Part shown: positions 54,643 to 64,000 of the stretch, one piece after another
Layout of the letters: each line of letters begins with the position of its first letter
Numbering within the stretch: the first letter of the stretch is position 1
Source of the DNA: Octopus vulgaris
Taxonomy: Eukaryota
Length of the DNA stretch: 64,000 bases
Assembly (NCBI GenBank): GCA_951406725.2
Contig: OX597814.1
Span: 196,478,001-196,542,000, forward strand
Reading direction: 5' to 3'
Notes under the pieces: model-generated
Database searches by the model: none
What the model saw: the letters and a program-made list of their open reading frames with translations, nothing else
Told to the model about the DNA's origin: nothing
Translations under genes and position numbers: made by a program

Positions 54643-55026
54643 ATAACTAACATAGAGCATAGCTATAACTAACAAGTACGATAAACCGCAAGCTAACTAA
54701 TACACCTCCGGCCACTACAGAAGAAACAACTCAGCACGCTCACAGCTATAACTAGCCTACACGAAGTACTCAAATACAGCAATAACCAGAATACACGGAA
54801 AACCAGGATGAACGAAAGCAAAAAAAAAAAAAAACTCCGAGGAACCAATACACTGTCTTCCGTATCAATCACTTAGAGTGTACTCAACGTGTAAGGAGGA
54901 ATCCTAAGGTAGATCCAACGGCCAAAATCCATACACTACAGCCGTAAGTGTTGAAAGCGCTCTGCTGGCACACTACTAGGGGCATACCCAAACAAAGTTT
55001 GAATGATAGATTGTAAAATTTCATAT

Positions 55027-55300
55027 TCTTTTATTCTTTTTTTATTCTTTTACTTGTTTACATTCATATACATGACATACATGGCATACATACATGAAGC
55101 ATACATACATACATACATACATACATACATACATACATACATACATACATACCCGGGACTTATTCTTTGTAAGTCCAGTACTTATTCTAGCGGTCTCTTT
55201 TTGCCGAACCGCTAAGTGACGGGGACGTAAACACACCAGCATCGGTTGTCAAGCAATGTTAGGGGGACAAACACAGGCACACACACACACACACACATAC
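55027..55300 (-). mobile_element. SINE family A 3' part with a (CATA)n replacement
   Basis: Family similarity. Confidence 0.8.
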
Positions 55301-55314
55301 ATATATATATGTAT

Positions 55315-56506
55315 ATGAATGAAAGAATGGAGTCGAACGAAGATGTTAACAAAATTCCTTTACTCTCGACATATGTTTCGAAGACAGCATTTTTTCATTC
55401 CAAAGGAATAAAGGGTGCATTATGCAATCTTCTCATCAGGAAAGAAAGGGAGCCTCTCTCGACAACGAGACAAACGAAAATTTCGATGACTGCCTACATG
55501 GTAAACAAAGCGATAATGAGTGATTTTTCAAAAAAAACCGTTAGAAGAATTGACGTCAAAGATAGATAGTAGGAAGAGAAGGGTCAAAGGAATAATATGT
55601 AGGGAACAAGTGGAGAGGGAAGGGAACGTTAATTGAAAGAATGTTCGAAGGCTTAGGAAAGAAGTGGGGTGGACGTAAAGCTAATTGTTAAAACCAGTGA
55701 CTATCGTTATCATTTATATGAGTAGAAAGTGTGTTTCTGCCAGTGTTTACATTTGTATGATTTTTCTATGAGTGTGTTTACTAGGGGAACCTTAAAGAAA
55801 AGAATATGGAGGAGTTCAGATTTACAAATGTTACAAAATCTCCAGCCCTTATCAAAAGGAAAGGATACAGACAGTATGAACCAATCTAACTTGAAATTTA
55901 CATTGTTGTCTTTAAGACGCCAAACTAATTTACTTAGCCCTGTACTATGTCGTTTTTTACTATCCCTGAATGTTGAATAGTTGTTTGAAATTCTCTTGGA
56001 TAACTGGGAAGTGGACGCTCCTATATAGAAGAAGACATCGGTACCGGAAGAAATTCTACACCGGTAAATAGAATTCTTAATCTTAGAATTACTAGACAAA
56101 AATTTAATTCTGTTGGGGTTGTCCTCCGAGATCGAAACGAAGTTGTTGTTCTTATGATTGTTGTTACTATTATTATTAGCGCTAACAACTACATTATTTC
56201 TATTATTATTAGTATTATTAATGGTACTACAACCAGTAATACCACCGACAATAATACCGTTATTGTTGTTACCATCAACACTACCATTGTTATTAACACG
56301 ACTGATACTATTATTAATATTATCATTGTTAACACTTTCGCTGCTACCAATGCTGTTACTATTAATACTATTCCTATTATTATGATTGTATGATGGGTTG
56401 GAATTAGCAAGATTAGTGTTGGAACTCCCGGGTGAAGAATCTTTGTTTAGCAGCTTGGTATTGTGGGAAGATATAATTTGTGAAAGATTCCTAGTGTTAG
56501 AGAAAG

Positions 56507-56508
<2 letters not shown>
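55315..56508 (-). mobile_element. 5'-truncated Penelope-like element: GIY-YIG endonuclease plus 3' pLTR with hammerhead
   Basis: SIYRCRI...FYIGAS...KRISN...STGLSKLVW.LK...CNICKSE...KCKH (Neptune-like pattern); stop at 55710; truncated at (TA)n. Confidence 0.85.
55363..55444 (-). ncRNA. Canonical type-I hammerhead ribozyme in the Penelope 3' region
   Basis: CTTTC-CTGATGA-GAAGAT...GTCTTC-GAA-ACATATGT-C-GAGAG: intact core, GUC site, palindromic stem III. Confidence 0.85.
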
Positions 56509-56558
<50 letters not shown>

Positions 56559-56559
56559 G

Positions 56560-56607
<48 letters not shown>

Positions 56608-56725
56608 TTTAAACTAGAGAGTGCAATGGAAATTGCAATTATGTTCGTTTCCATACACGATCGCTGTTAATTCCGATAAACATATAAAATCATCTAATAT
56701 ATACATCATAATGCGTACGATATAT

Positions 56726-56793
<68 letters not shown>

Positions 56794-57027
56794 ACACACA
56801 CAGACAAACACAAACACACACATATATATGTAAAACAGTATTTGATCCATTAGACTCCGATATATGCAGCTGGAAAAATTAAATTCCTGTTAATGTACAT
56901 GTAATTAATTCTATGATATTTAGGTTCCAAGTCTATCAACTGTAGGGTATAAATAATGATTAATGATTATATAATTAACAATTCTTGTATTTCTCTTATA
57001 CAGTCTTCGTATACTTATATATGTATG

Positions 57028-57111
<84 letters not shown>

Positions 57112-57474
57112 AATATTTATATTTATATGTATATGAAGACACATGCTTACACATATACTCAGCCACACACATATAGGACATGTTTCAAAAGTATTCTACT
57201 GCAGAATGTTTCTGATATTTAGCCATAAGCATTTACATGTAGATATAAACATCGCACTGTATAGTAAACTAAGGAGTTTATCAGTGTGTTTCTGTACATT
57301 CTTGGATAGAAATCTATCGATATATTATGGTATATATATATAAATATATATATATATATAAGTTATATATAGAGAGAAAAACCACTATTATGTAATTCAA
57401 ATAATGATAAACCATATCATATAGAAAAAATATAATATACTATAAGACATATATATATATATATATATATATAT

Positions 57475-57546
57475 TCTCTTTTACTTGTTTCAGTCATTTC
57501 AACCCGGAACCATGTGTTAGGAAGCAAGCTTCTTACCATACTCCTA
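57475..57546 (-). mobile_element. SINE family A with the interior deleted (head fused to tail)
   Basis: ttttacttgtttcagtcattt joined to aacccggaaccatgtg. Confidence 0.7.
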
Positions 57547-57550
57547 TATA

Positions 57551-57583
<33 letters not shown>

Positions 57584-57607
57584 ATGTATGCATATATATA
57601 TATATAT

Positions 57608-57638
<31 letters not shown>

Positions 57639-57809
57639 AATATATGTATATATATATATAGGTGCGGTATTTTTATATCTTCTTATATTCTTTAAGATTT
57701 TTTCATATCGGGAATTTTTATAGAATTACATTTTCCCAAATTTTCTAAATAAGTTTATCTGTTATAGAACTAATTATCTTATACTGTTCTATACTTAAGA
57801 GATGAAGAA

Positions 57810-60800
57810 TTATTATTATTATTATTCTGTGTTTGACTTTTGCTTTATATTTGTACAAGTTGGCTCCAAGTCTCACCCAGAGACCTCAAGAGATAACAGG
57901 TTGGAAGTTCACGTTGTTGTTATGCCTAGTGTGCCATATATTTGGGGGGTTTTTTGGGTGTTGTACTAGTGAATGTCTAATAAATAATTAAAACAAAAAT
58001 TGTTTTAAACCTTGAGATTACATAGAGAGTATTTTGCGTAGGATATGAGCAGTTCCCATGAGCACTATCTTTTGAATTTCTGCCATTTTGGGGTTTCCTG
58101 GTATCTGAGTTAGGTAGCAATCAGCCCCTTTCGCTATCATACCCAGGGCACCTACGACAACAGATATTGTTTTAGTCTTCAGGTTCCACATTTTGCTGAT
58201 TTCTATTTCAAGATCTTTATATTTGCTCAGTTTTTGGTAGGTCTTGACAGATACGTTTATATCGATTGGGACAGTCATATCAATGAGGAGGCATGTTCTT
58301 TGTCTGACGTCTTTCAATATGATGTCTGGCCTGTTTGCATCTATTTTTCTGTCAGTTTGAATGGTGAAGTTCCAGAGGAGTGAGATGTGGTCATTTTCAA
58401 GCACTGGAGGTGAATTGTGTTCCCACCAGTTTTTTTCATGGGGCAAATCCAGGTTTTTGCAAATTACCCAGTGAATATATTGTGCAACTCTATCATGCCT
58501 GTTGAGGTACTCTGTAGGCGCTGGAAGACTGCACTTGGAGACAACATGATCAATGGTTTCATTTTGTTGTCGACATACACGACATGTTGGGCTACTGCCG
58601 TTCTTTAATATGTTGGCCTGGTAGTTTCTTGTTGGTAGGCATTGATCTTGAGCTGCTATGATAAACCCCTCTGTTTCAGATTTTAAGCCAGAGGACACTA
58701 GCCATTGATGGGTCAGGGCTTTGTCAATATCTGCATTATTCGCTCTCTTTGGGTATTTGCCATAGAGAGGGTTTTCTTGCCATTTATTATTCAGAATATC
58801 TAAGGCCGCAGTTTTGGCACGGGTTTTCATGCGCTTAGCTTTTCCTGTGCTTGTTTCTTGTATGACTATCTCTCATACAGAAATTAGTTCTATTCGGAAT
58901 TCACTTAGATATTCCTTTGCCTGTTTTGTGACTGAGTATGATGCTTTCTTGTTTTCATGTTTTGAGACAAGTTTTAACATCCAGTCCCCAGACTTTTTCA
59001 GGTAGGTGTCTAGGCCAATTGTAGCAATCTTCATGGTTATAGCCAGTTGTAAAAGACCACGGCCTCCCTCTTTTCTTGGCAGATAAAGTCGTTCTGTATC
59101 TGCCTTAGGGTGGTGCATTCTATGCATTGTCAACAGTTTTCGTATTTTTCTGTCAAGCTGACATATTTCAGTAATTGACCAGTTAACGATATTGAAACTG
59201 TAAGTCACGACTGGTATGGCTAATGCATTGATCGCTTCGATCCTGTTTCTTGCATTCAGCTCTGTCTTGAGTATTGCTCTCACTCTTCGATAACATTCTC
59301 TCCTGATCCTTTCCTTCATCTCTGAATGCCTTATTCCGTCCCCTTCAATTGCCCCTAGGTACTTGTAGTTCTCCGCTGGGTCTAGTTCTTTTATGACGTT
59401 TTGCTGATCAATGTTAACCTTAGATGTTTCTGTCATTTTTCCTTTGATAAAGGTAGCTTTTGCACATTTATCGGGGCCTAATTGCATTCTGATGTCGTCA
59501 CTGAATAGTTTGACAATCGCTAGTAAGCCCTTGAGTTGTTGGTCATTTTTTGCAAAAAGCTTTAAATCATCCATGTAGATGAGATGATTTATATTTTTAT
59601 CAAACATTTTATACCCGTACTGCGCGTCATTGAGCAGTTTTGAGAGAGGTATTAAGGCTAAACAAAAGAGGAGTGGTGACAGTGAGTCACCCTGGAAAAT
59701 GCCAGATGAAACTTTTACATCACCAGCATTTAGGGATTCATTTTCACTGTTCAAATTTAGTGTAGTTCTCATACTTACAGTCAAAAAGTTTCGCAGAGTA
59801 GGTGCTATCTTATACATTTCCAGGCATTTCATAATCCAGCTATGTGGTAGGCTATCAAAAGCCTTTTTATAGTCTATCCAGGCTATTGATAAATTTTTGT
59901 GTCGTTTGTGACAATCTTCTAAGATCATCTTATTGATGAGTAGTTGATCTTTACAACCGTAGGATCCACGTTTACATCCTTTCTGTTCATTAGGGAATAT
60001 GCTGCTGTCTGTTAAAAAACTATATGTATATTCCGTCAGGACAGATGTTAGCGTTTTATACATAGTTGTTAAGCAGGTTATGGGTCTATAGTTTTTTGGT
60101 TCATTTGTTTCTTCACTTTTTGGAAGCAGGAATGTTAGCCCATTAACTAGCCAAGGAGGCATCCTACTAGGGTGTTGCAAAACATCATTGTACAGTTCTG
60201 TTAGCAGTTCATGGCTCTCTGGAAAGGCATTCAGCCAGAAGTTAGGAATTTTGTCCAGTTCTGTAGATATTCTGTCAATCCAGGGGGCCTTTTCGTTGTG
60301 TGCTTTTTCTTCTGCCCAAATTTTATTCCAAAATCCTTGCACTTCTTCTTTAAATGGTACAGACCTTACAGTAACTGCTGTTTTTCCTATCTTTCTGTAA
60401 AAATTTTTGGGGTTATTTTTGAACATATTGTTGTCCTTGAAAAATCTAACACGCTCTTCATACCTCGCTATGCGGGCAGCTTTAGCAGATACCTTTTGTT
60501 TGATGGTTTGTATGGTGGCATCAATATCAAGTATAGTTTTCATATTATATTTTTTCATTAATTTTGGGGTTTTTGTAGGTTTGGTAGTCTTGTGAACTTT
60601 AAGGTTTTTCAAATATTCAATGTCAGATCTAAATAGTTTAATTTGTTGTTGCAAACGCTCTTGCCAAGAAGGCTTTTTGTGGGAATGTTGCCGTTTTCTA
60701 ATCTTTACACCACATAGGATCGTTGAGATTTTCGCGGATGCATAGTATAGGTGGTTGAGATTTGTGATATCAACATCATTAGCTGAAATTATATCCTTAA

Positions 60801-61900
60801 GTGCAGGCCGGATTTTACCAATTATTTTCATGTTTTGGTTAGAGTTGCGGATTTTAGGAAGTGCATCGCGTTCATCCATGCTGGTTTCTTTAGTTTTTAG
60901 CCATTCAATCATGATTTGATTTTTTAACTCATGTAGTTCTGTTGGGTCAATATTTGTGTGACTTTCTTCATCTATTTGATGTTCATCTGTCTTAGTGTTT
61001 ATGATTGGTTCAGGGAATATTTCACTTTGCCTATCACTTATACTAACTCTTTCAATCCTTACTTCGTTTATATCAGCCCTGGGCTGGTCTATAATTATTT
61101 CCTCTGTATTATCTTCTCTAGCTGCAGCTTCGTTCATTTTATCCGTTACTGCTTGTCTAACTTGATCAATCTCTACTTCAGTCAGTAATTTTTTTTTATA
61201 ATGTTTCTTCTGACGTTGGCAAGTTCGTTACTGTCTATGTAGGGTCTTGCCTCGGGGTGTTTCTGTCTCCAGTTTAAGTATGTTTGTGCAGTGTTAGGTT
61301 TATCTGTGGGGAAATATATGGCATGGTAGAAGGCCGCAAGTTCTTCTTTATTATCTTCCCTAGACCATTTTTCCTTCTTTTTCTTTTGATTATTTGCTGA
61401 CGAGCATGGATGGCTATCTGTTGGAATATTCCGGTTGTGGGGTACGTCCAGCTCCTGTGTGTTGGGAAGATTTGATCCAGTAGCTGATGTTTCAATCGGA
61501 ATTTGGTTCAATTTTCGGGTACGTGGTCTTTTGTAATCCGCGCGATGACCAATGCGGTTTGTAGCTTGTTTTGTTGACATTGAAGCATGACGAGCTTCCA
61601 CTCTTACATTAGGAGATGGATCTGTCAGTTTAGCATTGCTCGTAGTGCAGCTTCTTAAGGCTAGCAGATCTGTATTCGTCTGTATTTTTTTGTTGATAGT
61701 TTTATCTCCGAACATATTTTTTTTTCCTTTGCCTTCTCTTCCTTTTTTCCGTTCTCTTTTTTTTCTTTCTCCTTCTTCCCTTTTTCCTTCCTTCTTTTCC
61801 CTTCCTCTTTTAAACTCTTTTTAAACTCTTAAAAGGCTCACTCTGCCTGTATTAGTTTGAAGAAATGAGAATAAAATACGGAAAAAAGGGATCTGTCAGT
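57810..61900 (-). mobile_element. Near-full-length R4/Dong-clade non-LTR retrotransposon (RT + CCHC + restriction-like endonuclease), inactivated
   Basis: Single broken ORF; flanked by (TAA)n-like repeats at both ends. Confidence 0.92.
58018..61715 (-). pseudogene. Disrupted RT-RLE polyprotein
   Basis: YRPITCL, IDYKKAFDS, GIFQGDSLSPLLF, YMDDLKL, LPRKEGGRGL, CRVC...ETIDHVVSKC, RPDI...LIDMTVP...KLSKY; frameshift near 61190, stop at 58873. Confidence 0.93.
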
Positions 61901-61938
61901 TATTATTGTTATTACTATTATCACTACCATTACCATCA

Positions 61939-61969
<31 letters not shown>

Positions 61970-62640
61970 TGATATTGTTTTATGTGTAGTCACAGCAGTA
62001 TCTTATTATTGTTATTTTTGTTTTTGTCATTATCACAAATCACTACCTCTACTGCCATTGTGTGGGGGAGTAGTTGGTTGAAGAGGTCATGCTCTATGGG
62101 TCTATAAATAGATTCAGCAGATGGTGGAGAGATAGCCCAAGAGACAAAGGACATTAATGGTCAGGAAAGGTCAAACCTGTTTACATTTATTTGTTTTTTC
62201 CTTTCTCTTTTCTTCCTTTCCACATACATATATATATATCTATATGTATACTCACACACACATATTATGTGATGTACACGTCGATGATTTTTTAAATTTC
62301 TGAATTCAATGTTATTCCATCATTCTTTATCGTGCATTTAATTGTGTTTTTACAATAAAAGGCAATTTAAAAGGCAATTTTACACATTAAGAATGGGAGA
62401 AGGGACGGCAAAATGTTCACACAAAATTGGAGATATTTATGTTTCTAATTTTTTTGTTAGGTATTCGTTTGTATGTCCTAAGCTGTAGATATGTAAGTTC
62501 CTTAACCTAGTTTGAGGGAAATTCAAATTACTCGCAGAAAACAGTAGATCTTCCAGTTTTTTCCAGTTGTTTTTTTTCCAGTTGTCCTGCTGGGTTAGCT
62601 GTTGCCAGTTCAGAGCATCGAAAAAATAGGTCCAGCCTTT

Positions 62641-62650
62641 ATTATTATTA

Positions 62651-62729
<79 letters not shown>

Positions 62730-62816
62730 CATCACTTTTCAAGTCACTGCTTGAAATCGAACTCAGAATTTCGGGGTTAGTAGCCCGCTCTCGTAACCAC
62801 TTCGCCATATTCCCCC
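62641..62816 (-). mobile_element. Short tRNA-derived SINE (family E) with an (AAT)n tail
   Basis: ATGGCGAAGTGGTTACGAGAGCGGGCTACTAACC...GAGTTCGATTTC...then (AAT)n. Confidence 0.7.
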
Positions 62817-62821
62817 GTCAT

Positions 62822-62906
62822 ATGGGGTAGTGGTTAAGTGCGCGGGCTACTAACAGCAAGATTCTGATTGCGATTTCAATCAGTGACCTGAACAGCAATA
62901 ATAATG

Positions 62907-62955
<49 letters not shown>
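62822..62955 (+). mobile_element. Short tRNA-derived SINE (family E) with an (AAT)n tail
   Basis: ATGGGGTAGTGGTTAAGTGCGCGGGCTACTAAC...TTGCGATTTC...then (AAT)n. Confidence 0.7.
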
Positions 62956-62958
<3 letters not shown>

Positions 62959-62974
62959 CAACAACAACAACAAC

Positions 62975-63018
<44 letters not shown>

Positions 63019-63031
63019 CACCAACAACAAC

Positions 63032-63103
<72 letters not shown>

Positions 63104-63190
63104 AAGAAGAAGACGAAGAAGAAGAAGACGAAGAAGAAGACGAAGAAGAGGAAGTAGAAGAAGAAGAAGAAGAACAACAACAACAACATC
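62896..63190. repeat. Compound trinucleotide repeat (AAT)n(AAC)n(AAG)n
   Basis: Direct reading. Confidence 0.97.
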
Positions 63191-63212
63191 AAAAAACAGC
63201 TTAGGAATTACC

Positions 63213-63260
63213 AAAACACCCGAAAAAGGCTGGAGGGTATATCAGCCGAAACGTTGTTTT
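63213..63260 (+). ncRNA. Degenerate Penelope-type hammerhead motif
   Basis: CCGAAAA-A-GGCTG...CAGCC-GAA-ACGT-T; core mutated. Confidence 0.45.
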
Positions 63261-64000
63261 TACAACAAACATGATTAGGACAAATATCCGTTGAATGTAA
63301 ATAATGTAAATAATAATTATCTCATGTTTTGCCTTTAATCGCTGGTTTTCTGTCAATAGAAAATATGTACCTCTTTCTCGGATGAAATCTGAATTTGATA
63401 ATGGATTCAGTGTTGAATGGCTTCATCATGACCACCTTAATAGTTTGCTAGGATAAGGTTTCTATTTTATATAAAAGTACTCAACATTTTAAGGGTTTAA
63501 ATTGGTTTATATGTCCTTCTTCTCTTACTTGGTCCTTAAATCCCTTTCTAAATTTAAAATCTTTATAATTTATTATACAAAATATTGTAATGCATACAAT
63601 TTGGTAAAGTTGGATATACATTTTTTCCCATTTAAATCTCATTGTAACCTCCTTTCTTTTCTATTTTAGGCTTCTTTTAACTGATAATAATAAAAATGTT
63701 TATTTCACCCCTACCCTTCCCCCTTTCTCAACATATACCATTATCTTACGGACATCTTCCGAGACATGTTCTTATATGTAGTGATAGCGAATTTATAGCC
63801 ACAGTAAAACAGAGGTAGGGAAGAGTATAGACATTAATTTATCACTAGTAGCTACAACTTAACTTTCAATTTCCAGTGGTTTTAATTCTAAGTGGATTCA
63901 GAATACTAGCTGTTTTAGATCTTTTGATTGTGATAAGGAGAAGGGTAAATGTAGCTATACTAACATCTCTTGACCCCCAATATTATTCTCTTCTGCCACC

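Noticed and set aside
56509-56654. N-terminus of the 314-aa ORF
   Set aside because: Chance read-through from flanking DNA and (TA)n into a truncated Penelope ORF
62818-63278. Poly-L/I/R/F ORFs
   Set aside because: Trinucleotide repeat artefacts

Overview
AT-rich, repeat-saturated eukaryotic DNA, most likely intergenic or intronic. The SINE families and extreme microsatellite load suggest a coleoid cephalopod (Octopus-like); this is an inference from recognition, not a database result. No host protein-coding gene is supportable, and most listed ORFs are microsatellite translations. Real coding remnants are all transposon-derived: a near-full-length but broken R4/Dong-clade RLE retrotransposon in (TAA)n (57.8-61.9 kb), two Tx1/L1-type LINE 3' ends, Penelope-like GIY-YIG fragments, CR1 and RTE remnants, mariner, maT (DD37D) and Tc1 relics. 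Non-coding elements include two Helitron-type copies, piggyBac and mariner MITEs and about five tRNA-derived SINE families. Two signals stand out. (1) A Tx1-type LINE and one SINE family share a ~45-nt 3' tail and both are joined at the same internal site of that SINE, giving SINE-in-SINE tandem arrays, including an exact 400-bp higher-order repeat. (2) About a dozen minimal type-I hammerhead ribozyme motifs occur in Penelope-type repeats and fold-backs, including apparent A3-U8 and U3-A8 compensatory core variants.
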